Shown here in pieces: positions 15,863-24,000 of a DNA stretch of 24,000 bases. Source of the stretch: Acidimicrobiales bacterium (GTDB lineage: Bacteria; Actinomycetota; Acidimicrobiia; Acidimicrobiales; MedAcidi-G1). The stretch's first letter is position 1, and each line of letters starts with the position of its first letter. A model generated the notes under the pieces. That model ran no database searches and had not been told where the DNA came from. It saw nothing but the letters and a program-made list of their open reading frames with translations. The position numbers and the translations under genes were made by a program. The stretch lies in assembly GCA_045568635.1 (NCBI GenBank), contig JBJLAO010000004.1:149212-173211 (forward strand), given 5' to 3'.

Positions 15863-17155
15863 TTAAACCCCAGCCAGTCTGAAAGCTCTTTCTCTTACTT
15901 CTCGTAGAGCCCTTTCCTCATCAATTGTTACCAAATCTCCTTCGGATAGAACTTTAGAGCCACCTATCCAAACATCTGTGACTTCCCTATTAGCTCCAGA
16001 CCAAACTAGGTGAGCCAAAGTTTCATTTAGATTAGTCGATGGAGTGAAAGTGCTGTAGTTGGTATCGATTCTTATCATGTCTGCTTCCCAACTGGTTTGC
16101 AGACTTCCCACTCGCTCCAGACCGACAGCTTTTGCAGATTCCCGAGTAGCCATTCCCAAGGCTTCAAATGGTGTTACTAAAGTTGCGTCGAGGCTGTTAA
16201 CTCTTGCTAGAAGTCCTGCAATTTTAACTTCCTCCCACAAATCGAGCGTGTCATTAGAAGCCGGTCCATCTGTCCCCAGCCCCACTATTAAACCTTTCTC
16301 AAGCATTTTTTCTATAGGTGCTATTCCGGAGCCAAGTTTCATATTACTAACAGGGCAATGGGCCACAGATACATTTGCATCAGCTAAAAGTGAAATGTCA
16401 TTGTCGTTGACCCACACACAATGGGCAGCTAAAACTTTTCCGTCTAATATTCCGTTTTCGCTAAGAATTTCAACGATACTTTTACCATGCTCAGACTCAA
16501 GTCGAGAGCTTTCCTCCCGTGTTTCTGCAAGGTGAATATGAAACAGTAGGTCAAGCGACCTTGCAAACTCAGCTAACTCAACACATGCTGGTATACCCAA
16601 ATCATAAGCTGAGTGTGGGCCTATGCCTACGGTAATTTTTCCTTCTGGGTTATGGTGGCGATTATAGAAATCTGTGAAATTTTGAAGTCTTGACTCTGAG
16701 TATGAAGATTTAAACACCCCGGGTGTCATAATCAATCTTGCCCCTGAGGTTTTTGCAGCTTCTACTATGGCTTCCTCGAAAAGATACATTTCGCAGCTAC
16801 TTGTAACCCCTGCTCGAAACATTTCCGCAGAACCTAAAGTCATACCCCAATAAGCATCATCCTCATTCATTTTTCCTTCGCGCGGCCACATTGCTTCAGT
16901 AAGCCATCTTCCTAATGGCAGTCCATCTCCCGCTCCCCTAACTAAAGTCATAGGCGTATGGCAATGGGCATTTACTAAGCCCGGCATCAAAAGGCCGCCT
17001 ATTTCATTGACTTGTAAATCCGTTTCTTCTTCATCTCCTAGACGCCCAACCCAAGCAATTTTTCCTTCTTCGATGTCTATTACACCCGGGGAATAGATAC
17101 TGCCATTGGCATCACACGTAACAATAATGTCGGCGATGTAACGTTGCGACTGCAT
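15863..17155 (-). CDS. amidohydrolase-superfamily deaminase, 5-methylthioadenosine/S-adenosylhomocysteine deaminase (MtaD)/chlorohydrolase-like
   Basis: 430-aa ORF with LMPGLVNAHCHTPMTLVRGAGDGLPLGRWL (HxH metal site), HIHLAET, AAHCV and GLGTDGPASNDTLD. This is the pattern of the TRZ/ATZ-MtaD subgroup. The substrate cannot be assigned from sequence alone. Confidence 0.82.
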   Translation of the reverse strand: MQSQRYIADIIVTCDANGSIYSPGVIDIEEGKIAWVGRLGDEEETDLQVNEIGGLLMPGLVNAHCHTPMTLVRGAGDGLPLGRWLTEAMWPREGKMNEDDAYWGMTLGSAEMFRAGVTSSCEMYLFEEAIVEAAKTSGARLIMTPGVFKSSYSESRLQNFTDFYNRHHNPEGKITVGIGPHSAYDLGIPACVELAEFARSLDLLFHIHLAETREESSRLESEHGKSIVEILSENGILDGKVLAAHCVWVNDNDISLLADANVSVAHCPVSNMKLGSGIAPIEKMLEKGLIVGLGTDGPASNDTLDLWEEVKIAGLLARVNSLDATLVTPFEALGMATRESAKAVGLERVGSLQTSWEADMIRIDTNYSTFTPSTNLNETLAHLVWSGANREVTDVWIGGSKVLSEGDLVTIDEERALREVRERAFRLAGV

Positions 17156-17168
17156 AAAAAAAGGTTAG

Positions 17169-17199
17169 TTGACAAAACAGATTTCTTTACAAATTTAAA
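17169..17199 (+). promoter_or_regulatory. candidate sigma70-type promoter for the amino-acid ABC operon
   Basis: Perfect TTGACA at 17169-17174 is followed 17-19 nt later by A/T-rich AATTTA/TTTAAA (17192-17199), in the 105-nt divergent intergenic region. The -10 element is weak, so this is tentative. Confidence 0.25.
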
Positions 17200-17260
17200 C
17201 AGCATTCGTTTTTTTATCATTTAAGTACTATTCTTCGAAGACCTATCGAATAAGGACAAA

Positions 17261-18076
17261 ATGTCAAGACGCAAAAGAAATGACAAAAGGAGTCTTAGCG
17301 ACGAACTGAAATGGTGGGATACCTTCCCTTGGTGGGGAATCGCTATAGTCGCCATTCTTTCTTGGATGGGCTATCAGATAGTAACTAAAGACAGCTATGA
17401 CTTGGCTTGGGACAGGGTGATCCCAGGCATAAGTATTACTATCACAGCAACCCTTCAAGCTTTTGCTATTGCTTTAGCTTTAGGACTCTTAGCTGGGATG
17501 GGCCAACTTTCTAAAAATGTAATATTTCGAAACTTGGCTCGGACATACGTTGAATTTATTCGCGGCATTCCGATACTTCCCCTCATATTTACCGTTGCTC
17601 TTGTCCTGCTCCCTCAGCTTCAGAATGCACTGGGTTTCAAACTTTCATTTCAGATGAGAGCGACTGTGACTCTTGCTTTTATCTACGGAGCGTACATGGC
17701 AGAAATTTTTAGAGGGGGTATTCAGTCAATTGCTATCGGCCAAGTAGAAGCAGGTAGATCGCTTGGACTAAGTAGACGTCAGACTATGAATTCAATTGTC
17801 TTACCACAAGCAATGAGAGCGATCATCCCACCTCTAGGAAACGATTTTATTGCAATACTAAAAGATACTTCCCTGCTTTCAGTTTTGGGAGTTCTTGAAA
17901 TCACGCAGCGAGCCAGACAGTTTTCAGCCAGTACTTTCAAATTTCGAGAAGGTTACTTTGTTTTAGCTTTCATATATCTAATCCTTACGCTCGGTCTCAG
18001 CTTACTTTTAGGAGTTCTCGAAAGAAGAATGACCCGTGATGACAGAGGTGTTCGAAGCAATAGAGGTATTGACTGA
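17261..18076 (+). CDS. polar amino acid ABC transporter permease (HisM/GlnP family)
   Basis: 271-aa ORF with the EAA-loop region [51 protein letters not shown] lies 5 nt upstream of the ATG. It carries a basic N-terminal extension of about 45 aa. Confidence 0.9.
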   Translation: MSRRKRNDKRSLSDELKWWDTFPWWGIAIVAILSWMGYQIVTKDSYDLAWDRVIPGISITITATLQAFAIALALGLLAGMGQLSKNVIFRNLARTYVEFIRGIPILPLIFTVALVLLPQLQNALGFKLSFQMRATVTLAFIYGAYMAEIFRGGIQSIAIGQVEAGRSLGLSRRQTMNSIVLPQAMRAIIPPLGNDFIAILKDTSLLSVLGVLEITQRARQFSASTFKFREGYFVLAFIYLILTLGLSLLLGVLERRMTRDDRGVRSNRGID

Positions 18077-18804
18077 TGATCTCAATTAAGAATCTTTCTA
18101 AAACCTTTAACAAAAATATTCATGCAGTTAAAGATGTGGACTTGGAAATAGCTGAGGGTGAAGTGGTAGTGATCGTTGGACCAAGTGGATCAGGAAAATC
18201 CACAGTCCTTAGGTGCATAAACAGACTTGAGATCCCAACTAAAGGATCAATATCTATCGATGGAGTAGAACTGACGGATCCGGAATGTGATATTGACACA
18301 ATTAGGGCTGAAGTGGGAATGGTGTTTCAACAGTTCAACCTATTCCCTCATTTAACGGTGAAAGAAAATATCTGTTTAGCTCAAAGAAAAGTAAGAAAAC
18401 GAAGCAAAAGTGAGTCTAATGAAATGACTATGAAACAGCTTTTAAGAGTAGGGATTCCCGATAAAGCAGACTCTTATCCGCGTCAACTATCGGGTGGACA
18501 ACAACAAAGGGTAGCTATTGCTAGATCATTAGCGATGGAGCCAAAAATTATGCTTTTTGATGAACCTACTTCAGCATTAGACCCTGAAATGGTAAAAGAA
18601 GTTCTGGATGTGATGCTTGAACTTGCCTCTGAAGGAATGACCATGGCAGTGGTTACGCATGAAATGGGTTTTGCCAAAGCGGCTGGTGATCGTTTAGTTT
18701 TTATGGATGAAGGAATGGTTGTTGAAATAGGTCCACCTGGTCAAGTTTTTGAAAATCCTGCTGAACAAAGAACTAGGGATTTCTTCGACAAGATTCTTTA
18801 CTGA
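18076..18804 (+). CDS. polar amino acid ABC transporter ATP-binding protein (GlnQ/HisP-like)
   Basis: 242-aa ORF with [36 protein letters not shown] and VTHEMGFA. The start overlaps the permease stop (TGATG). Confidence 0.93.
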   Translation: MISIKNLSKTFNKNIHAVKDVDLEIAEGEVVVIVGPSGSGKSTVLRCINRLEIPTKGSISIDGVELTDPECDIDTIRAEVGMVFQQFNLFPHLTVKENICLAQRKVRKRSKSESNEMTMKQLLRVGIPDKADSYPRQLSGGQQQRVAIARSLAMEPKIMLFDEPTSALDPEMVKEVLDVMLELASEGMTMAVVTHEMGFAKAAGDRLVFMDEGMVVEIGPPGQVFENPAEQRTRDFFDKILY

Positions 18805-18848
18805 CCCTCCTTCTTTTTTTGTTTCCGACTAATTAGATAGACTTAAGC

Positions 18849-19940
18849 ATGACTAGTGAAAATTCTGACTTTAATGAATCTGGTTTCTCGGAACTTGTTA
18901 CTAAAGGTCCAAAAGTTCTTCTACACGACCATCTTGATGGAGGCCTTCGCCCGTCCACGGTTATTGACCTAGCTGATATCTCCGGATACGAAAAACTGCC
19001 ATCAAATAACGTTGAGAAATTGTCACAATGGTTTCATGAAGGTGCCAACCGAAGAGATCTGAACTTGTACTTAGAAACTTTTGACCACACAGTGGGGGTA
19101 ATGCAGGATGAATACTCTTGCAACCGCGTTGCCAGAGAGTGTGCAGAAGATCTCGTTGAAGATGGCTGTGTCTATGCAGAAATAAGGTTTGCACCATCCC
19201 TTTTTACTGATCAGGGACTATCCATTTATGAAGTTATAGAAGCAGTTTTGTCTGGTTTCCGTGAAGGATCATCAGGAACCAAATTAACTATAAGAACTAT
19301 TATCACCGCTATGAGAACCAGCAATGACTCCAAAACGATCGCTGAAGCTGCTGTCAACTTTCGCGATAAAGGTGTCGTTGGTTTTGATATTGCTGGACGT
19401 GAAGTCGGATACCCGCCAACAAATCATTTAGAGGCATTTCAGTTCCTCCAACGTGAAAACTTTCACTTTACAATCCATGCTGGTGAAGCATTTGGGTTGG
19501 CTTCCATCTGGGAAGCTGTCCAATACTGCGGAGCGGAACGTTTAGGACATGGAGTAAGAATTATTGACGACATTGAACTAGATTCTTCAGGAAAACACAT
19601 TCTTGGGAGCCTGGCTTCCTTCATCAGAGACAGAAGAATTCCTTTGGAGTTATGCCCAACGTCCAATGTGCATACAGGGGCAGTTCAATCATTACAAGAA
19701 CACCCTATTGAGCTGCTGAAAGACTTGGGCTTTAGAGTTACCGTTAATACTGACAACAGGCTGATGAGTGACGTTTCGATGACTTCTGAGTTGCTTTCGT
19801 TAAATAAAACTTTTGGCTGGACCCTTGATGACTTTTCTTGGCTTACAGTTAACGCTATGAAAAGTGCTTTTCTTCCCTTTGATGAAAGAATTGACTTAAT
19901 TGAGAATGTTATTAAACCAGGCTGGAGAAAACTTTCCTAA
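18849..19940 (+). CDS. add: adenosine deaminase
   Basis: 363-aa ORF with PKVLLHDHLDGGLRPSTV, FTIHAGE, RLGHGVR, ELCPTSN and VNTDNRLMS, which are the metal and catalytic motifs of adenosine deaminase. Confidence 0.92.
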   Translation: MTSENSDFNESGFSELVTKGPKVLLHDHLDGGLRPSTVIDLADISGYEKLPSNNVEKLSQWFHEGANRRDLNLYLETFDHTVGVMQDEYSCNRVARECAEDLVEDGCVYAEIRFAPSLFTDQGLSIYEVIEAVLSGFREGSSGTKLTIRTIITAMRTSNDSKTIAEAAVNFRDKGVVGFDIAGREVGYPPTNHLEAFQFLQRENFHFTIHAGEAFGLASIWEAVQYCGAERLGHGVRIIDDIELDSSGKHILGSLASFIRDRRIPLELCPTSNVHTGAVQSLQEHPIELLKDLGFRVTVNTDNRLMSDVSMTSELLSLNKTFGWTLDDFSWLTVNAMKSAFLPFDERIDLIENVIKPGWRKLS

Positions 19941-19975
19941 AACTCTCTCATAGTTATAGGTAACTGAGATTAATT

Positions 19976-20617
19976 ATGACAACTGCTTCAGAATCAGAAT
20001 CACGTCGAATAGTTGAAAATGCAGGAATTCCTGTTTCGAGGTGGAGGGTTGCAAGCGATCTTGATGAAGCTATAAAAGCAGCTAAGGAAATCGGTTTTCC
20101 TAATGCTTTGAAACTTAATGGCCCCTCTATCGCCCACAAAACTGAACAAGGATTTGTGAAACTCAACTTGAAGACAGAGGCTGACTTTTTAAATGCTGCT
20201 GAGGAACTTCTAGGAAATAAAATTGGCGGCAGTAACCTACTCGTTACAGAGATGCTCTCGGGTTCGCGTGAAGTTATTGCAGGTGTAGTGAGGGATCCTC
20301 AATTCGGTTCTTGTGTGATGTTTGGATTTGGCGGGATATTGGCTGAAGCCATAGCGGACGTTGAATTCAGACTCGCTCCAATTAATTCTTATGACGCAAG
20401 GGATCTAATTTCCTCATTAAAAACAACCGAACTTTTGAAAGAATTTCGTGGGGAAAAAGCTCTTGATATTGATGCAACAATTGATTTACTCATAAAGCTA
20501 GGTGATCTAGCAGAAGATGAAAAAATTTTATCGATTGATTTAAATCCATTGATTCTTGTTGACGGCGTACCTATAGCAGCTGACGCTCTTGTTGAATTAA
20601 AAGAGGAGTCAACATGA
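19976..20617 (+). CDS. ADP-forming acyl-CoA synthetase, beta (ATP-grasp) subunit-like
   Basis: 213-aa ORF with ESRRIVENAGIPV, FPNALKLNGPSIAHKTEQGFVKLNL and the C-terminal IDLNPLIL, typical of the ATP-grasp_5 module of NDP-forming acetyl/acyl-CoA synthetases. Confidence 0.8.
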   Translation: MTTASESESRRIVENAGIPVSRWRVASDLDEAIKAAKEIGFPNALKLNGPSIAHKTEQGFVKLNLKTEADFLNAAEELLGNKIGGSNLLVTEMLSGSREVIAGVVRDPQFGSCVMFGFGGILAEAIADVEFRLAPINSYDARDLISSLKTTELLKEFRGEKALDIDATIDLLIKLGDLAEDEKILSIDLNPLILVDGVPIAADALVELKEEST

Positions 20618-22074
20618 CTATGAATCTTGAGTATCTTTTTGAGCCTAGAGGAGTCATAGTCACTGGGGTTTCGAGTCATCCTGGAAAATTTGGGTTTGTG
20701 GCTCTTCATAATATTCTTTCATGCGGCTACAAAGGGAGAGTTTTCGCTTTTGGACGCGAAGAAGCGACGGTTCTTGAACAAAAAGTAATTACTTCTTTTG
20801 ACTCAATCCCTGCAAATGAAGCTGACCTGATGATTTTGTGTACACCTGTAGGGGCGAACGAGGAGTTGCTTAGAAAAGCATCCGAAAAAGGTGTAAAGGC
20901 AGTTTTTTGTGCCGCCGGTGGATATTCAGAAATAGGTGATGAAGGTTTAAAAGCCGAAAAAAGACTTGTCACTTTAGCAGCGGAATTGGATCTCGTTCTT
21001 GTCGGTCCCAATGGTCAAGGAGTCGTGTCTCCACCCGCTGGTCTTTGTGCTCAAATTGTTGCACCTTACGCTCCAAAAGGACGTATAGCTGTGGTCTCCC
21101 AGTCGGGTAATTTTGTTTCAAGTTTTCTGAACTATGCGAATCAGACCGGTATTGGGATAAGCAGATCAGTCTCAGCTGGTAATGCTGCTGCAACAGAAAT
21201 AATTGATTTCCTTGAATGGTTTTCTATTGACCCAGCTACAGATGTAGCTCTCTGCTATATAGAGGGCTTAGAGAAAGGTCGAGATTTCTTCGAAAGAATT
21301 AAAGAGATAACAAAGAAATTACCAATTGTGCTCGTAAAGGGTGGAATCACTGTGGGCGGTCAACGAGCAGCTGCATCTCATACTGGTTCACTCGCTAGTG
21401 ACTCGAAGATCTTTGAAGGAATGACAAGGCAGGCTGGTGTAACGCGTGCCCCAGATATCGAGTCAGCTTTTGAAATTGCCGCAACATTTGCCACACAACC
21501 TCTACCTAACGGCTCTCGTACGCTTGTTCTGACAACAGCAGGCGGGTGGGGTGTAGTGGCTGCAGATGCTATTAGTCAGAGTTCTGAATTAGTTTTAGCT
21601 CCCCTTCCAAATGATCTGAAGGAAACAATCAATAAATTACTGCCTCCGCGGTGGAGTAGAAATAATCCCGTCGATTTGGCAGGAGGAGAAACTAGGGACA
21701 CAATTCCAGAACTTCTCTCGGTAGCTTCCAAACATCCAGAGATTGATTCGATAATTCAACTTGGACTTGGCATACAAGGAAATACTGCGAATCTTGTGCG
21801 CACTGGAAAGTTTTATCCGGAACACGGTCTTGAGAGGATTGTCAACTTTCATGAACGACAAGAAAAAAGATATGCGGAGGCTTCAATTGAAGTTTCTTTG
21901 ACTTCCGGTAAACCAGTTTTAGTCGCCTCAGAACTCGCAGCTACCCAACCAAATAACCCGATGGTCAAAACCATCCGTGACTCAGGCCGTTTATGTTACA
22001 TATCAGCAAACAGGGCTGTATCAGCTCTCAACCATCTTGTTAGATACTCAGGTTGGAGAAATCAAAGCAACTGA
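20614..22074 (+). CDS. ADP-forming acyl-CoA synthetase, alpha (CoA-binding/ligase-CoA) subunit-like
   Basis: 486-aa ORF with CoA-binding GVIVTGVSSHPGKFGF, VGPNGQG, VSQSGNF and the phosphohistidine loop AASHTGSLA. The ATGA overlap with the beta gene is preceded by AAGAGGAG (20601-20608). Confidence 0.85.
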   Translation: MTMNLEYLFEPRGVIVTGVSSHPGKFGFVALHNILSCGYKGRVFAFGREEATVLEQKVITSFDSIPANEADLMILCTPVGANEELLRKASEKGVKAVFCAAGGYSEIGDEGLKAEKRLVTLAAELDLVLVGPNGQGVVSPPAGLCAQIVAPYAPKGRIAVVSQSGNFVSSFLNYANQTGIGISRSVSAGNAAATEIIDFLEWFSIDPATDVALCYIEGLEKGRDFFERIKEITKKLPIVLVKGGITVGGQRAAASHTGSLASDSKIFEGMTRQAGVTRAPDIESAFEIAATFATQPLPNGSRTLVLTTAGGWGVVAADAISQSSELVLAPLPNDLKETINKLLPPRWSRNNPVDLAGGETRDTIPELLSVASKHPEIDSIIQLGLGIQGNTANLVRTGKFYPEHGLERIVNFHERQEKRYAEASIEVSLTSGKPVLVASELAATQPNNPMVKTIRDSGRLCYISANRAVSALNHLVRYSGWRNQSN

Positions 22075-22112
22075 CTTTTCTATGATAAATCTGTTAGCTA
22101 AATTGTCTTACA

Positions 22113-22712
22113 GTGATTGACCACGTATTTTCCGATGCAATAGGTGCTTTGAGAGACTCTCTGGAGTCCGCTCGTCTCGAGAGGCAAAATTTGGAGGAAA
22201 GTTTTTATACTGACCTTTTAATAGGTAATACGTTTTGGAGGGTAAGTTACGGATTACCAGGTGAGGGAAAGCCACCCCGCATACATTGTGATATCGCACT
22301 CGAATGGCCAACTTGGTCACAGACTTCTTACAGGCAATGGTGCCAAGATGGAGAATTAGGAGAGCCCATAGAAATACTTGTCGGTTTAGTTCTGAGACTC
22401 CAGCGTCTGGCAAGTAAGCCAGACCCACAATTATTCCTAGATAACCTACCTTCAAGTAATCCGAAGTTGGAGAACAGCACGTTTGAAAAATCTGGAACCA
22501 CCTTGGAGACTATCTATGAAGCCAACAGCGAGAATACGATCGATGAGCCGGAGTGGGCAATCGAAGTATCTTATGAAGGAAGTTATGAATTGAGTTCAAA
22601 GGTTCTTGAAGATATCTCGGAATTAGACCTTCATTTCAGCCAGCTAGGAACTTGGGTTTCTAGTTCTTTAGTAGCTCTTGGTGACTTAAGTTTCGAATTT
22701 TTAAACGAGTGA
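22113..22712 (+). CDS. hypothetical acidic protein, no recognised domain
   Basis: A 600-nt open frame in AT-leaning DNA, bounded upstream by an in-frame TAG at 22095. The only plausible start is GTG 22113, and there is no internal Met codon. I recognise no TM segment, signal peptide or motif. The competing antisense ORF (22108-22455) is shorter. Confidence 0.55.
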   Translation: MIDHVFSDAIGALRDSLESARLERQNLEESFYTDLLIGNTFWRVSYGLPGEGKPPRIHCDIALEWPTWSQTSYRQWCQDGELGEPIEILVGLVLRLQRLASKPDPQLFLDNLPSSNPKLENSTFEKSGTTLETIYEANSENTIDEPEWAIEVSYEGSYELSSKVLEDISELDLHFSQLGTWVSSSLVALGDLSFEFLNE

Positions 22713-22735
22713 CCCAGTATCTAAAAAAATTATTT

Positions 22736-23584
22736 TCATATTCCCTCTTCTAGGCCTCTGTTAAGTGACAACAAGTCTTCAAACTCTGGAGGCCGATTTT
22801 CTGCCTTAGCCTGAAAAGCTTCTTTCATGTCACCCGGTTGGAACATACCTGACTGCCAAGTAGCTATGTAATTCAGAGAGTCAGAGGTTGAATGGTCTCT
22901 TGAATATGTAATCATTTCTTTTGAGCCCCAGATAGCTAATGGTGATTTTGAAGCAATTTCTTCCGCTATCTCCATAACGCCGTCTAAAAGAGAGGCTTGA
23001 TCAGAGAAAACTTCATTCACCAAACCAACAGATTTTGCTTCATTTGCCTGCATTCTTCTTCCTGTATATGCGAGTTCTCGACACACTCCCTCAGGTATAA
23101 GTTTTGGAAGTCTTTGAAGAGTCCCTACGTCAGCTGTCATACCGATATTTATTTCTTGTATGCAAAAGAAAGCGTCCTCGGATGCATATCGCATGTCGCA
23201 CGCTGTAACCATGTCAACTGCGCCTCCTATGCAACCACCTTGTATAGCAGCCAATACAGGTATTCGCGCTTTCTCTAAACAGTTGAAGGAATCCTGGAGA
23301 TGAAGAGCGTTCTCGCGAAGATTGGCTCTAACTCGTCCTACCTCTGCTTGCGACTCCCCTGATCCCATTGAAAAAACCGCAAGGTCCATGCCAGCTGAAA
23401 AATGTTTTCCCGTTGAAGCTAGAACAATCACTCTCGCTTCCCCACTGGAATTGATTTCACCGATAACTTTTGGCAACTCGGACCAAAAAGCTGGAATCAT
23501 GGTGTTTAGTTTTTCGCCTCTGTTCAAAGTAACAGTTGCGACACCTTTTTCTATTAAGACATCGAAACATTTGTATTCATTCAT
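22736..23584 (-). CDS. enoyl-CoA hydratase/isomerase family protein, delta(3,5)-delta(2,4)-dienoyl-CoA isomerase (ECH1)-like
   Basis: 282-aa ORF with FSAGMDL and GGCIGGAVDMVTACDMRYASEDAFFCIQEINIGMTADVGTLQRLPKLI. The C-terminal SKSPLAIWGSKEMITYSRDHS...SLNY closely parallels what I recall of ECH1-type isomerases. Confidence 0.85.
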   Translation of the reverse strand: MNEYKCFDVLIEKGVATVTLNRGEKLNTMIPAFWSELPKVIGEINSSGEARVIVLASTGKHFSAGMDLAVFSMGSGESQAEVGRVRANLRENALHLQDSFNCLEKARIPVLAAIQGGCIGGAVDMVTACDMRYASEDAFFCIQEINIGMTADVGTLQRLPKLIPEGVCRELAYTGRRMQANEAKSVGLVNEVFSDQASLLDGVMEIAEEIASKSPLAIWGSKEMITYSRDHSTSDSLNYIATWQSGMFQPGDMKEAFQAKAENRPPEFEDLLSLNRGLEEGI

Positions 23585-23630
23585 GAGACTAAGCTAGCTG
23601 AGAGTCACACTCATCACGACAATTGGACAG

Positions 23631-24000
23631 CTATAAGAGGCGTTCTACTATTTTTTTTGGATCTTTTTCAATTCGCGGGCCAAGACTAGTAATCACTTCT
23701 GAAGCCATTCGAGAACCTATCTCTGCACACTTATCAAAAGGCAACTTTCGGCTCATTCCAAAAATTACCCCACTGGCAAATATGTCACCCGCTCCTGTGC
23801 TATCAACCACACCTTTGACTGGGAATGCATCAATTTCAATTTTTTTAGAGTCTTTCACCACCACTGATCCTCTGGCGCCGAGTGTTATGAATGCGACATC
23901 TACGTTTTTTGAAACTTTTTCGATTGCTTCGTCTAAATCTTTAGTCATGTAGAGAGCACAAATTTCTTTTTCGTTACAAAAAATATAGTCGACAAATTCT
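23631..24000 (-). CDS. PfkB-family carbohydrate/nucleoside kinase (partial, N-terminus beyond right edge)
   Basis: The C-terminal motif DSTGAGDIFASG is the PfkB anion hole/catalytic Asp. Upstream of the track ORF's Met the frame stays open to the window edge (EFVDYIFCNEKEICALY-MTKD...), giving the typical PfkB D.lf.NE.E motif. Confidence 0.85.
   Translation of the reverse strand, partial: EFVDYIFCNEKEICALYMTKDLDEAIEKVSKNVDVAFITLGARGSVVVKDSKKIEIDAFPVKGVVDSTGAGDIFASGVIFGMSRKLPFDKCAEIGSRMASEVITSLGPRIEKDPKKIVERLL

Noticed and set aside
16059-16535. 158-aa plus-strand ORF, plus similar antisense ORFs at 13762-14178, 20389-20709 and 20727-21011
   Set aside because: All lie antisense within strongly supported enzyme or transporter genes and are Ser/Pro/Arg-rich, as is typical of shadow frames.
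17240-17256. Small inverted repeat TTCGA-N7-TCGAA upstream of the amino-acid ABC permease as a possible operator
   Set aside because: It has only 5 bp per arm in AT-rich DNA, which is expected by chance, and no regulator gene lies nearby.
22108-22455. 115-aa minus-strand ORF antisense to the orphan gene
   Set aside because: It is shorter than, and fully contained within, the 199-aa plus-strand frame, and its sequence is hydrophobic and low-complexity. It is treated as a shadow ORF, although neither frame has homology support that I can recognise.
23623-23952. 109-aa plus-strand ORF overlapping the PfkB region
   Set aside because: The minus-strand frame contains the diagnostic PfkB motif DSTGAGD and continues open to the window edge. 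The plus frame has no recognisable features.
1-24000. Search for CRISPR arrays, IS elements or terminal inverted repeats, toxin-antitoxin pairs, restriction-modification or other defence modules, additional tRNAs and rRNA
   Set aside because: None found by eye. The only tandem repeat is the TS hexamer array. The largest non-coding gaps are about 105 nt or less, leaving no room for such elements.

Overview
This is a gene-dense chromosomal segment. By eye it is over 90% coding and AT-leaning, roughly 40-45% GC (not computed). It reads as core genome of a streamlined actinobacterium. The lineage markers are two tiny actinobacteria-type ribosomal protein genes (bS22 at 3933-4031, bL37 at 10911-11000, both too short for the supplied ORF track), an Rpf-type muralytic domain, and the tatD-rpf-rsmA(ksgA)-ispE order known from Mycobacterium tuberculosis Rv1008-Rv1011, with prs-rplY nearby. 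The left 10.8 kb is almost all on the minus strand: rplY (partial), prs, a secreted FN3 protein with a (Thr-Ser)14 tract, creatinase, tRNA-Gln(UUG), ispE, rsmA, rpf-like, tatD, metG, rsmI and ychF. The right 13 kb holds a nucleoside/sugar-type (BMP/CUT2-like) ABC importer with no binding-protein gene, followed by an SDR. After that come a convergent MtaD-like amidohydrolase plus DUF985 cupin pair, a polar-amino-acid ABC importer (again no binding protein) and adenosine deaminase. The window ends with a split ADP-forming acyl-CoA synthetase (beta then alpha), an orphan acidic ORF, an ECH1-like enoyl-CoA isomerase and a partial PfkB kinase. I found no rRNA, CRISPR, transposase, integrase, toxin-antitoxin or recognisable defence genes, and no convincing intrinsic terminators. 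I do not see a clear novel multi-gene system. The least explained elements are the FN3/(TS)14 surface protein, the 199-aa orphan ORF, and the binding-protein-less transporters in a purine-nucleoside salvage neighbourhood. All homology statements rest on motif recognition from memory, not on searches.
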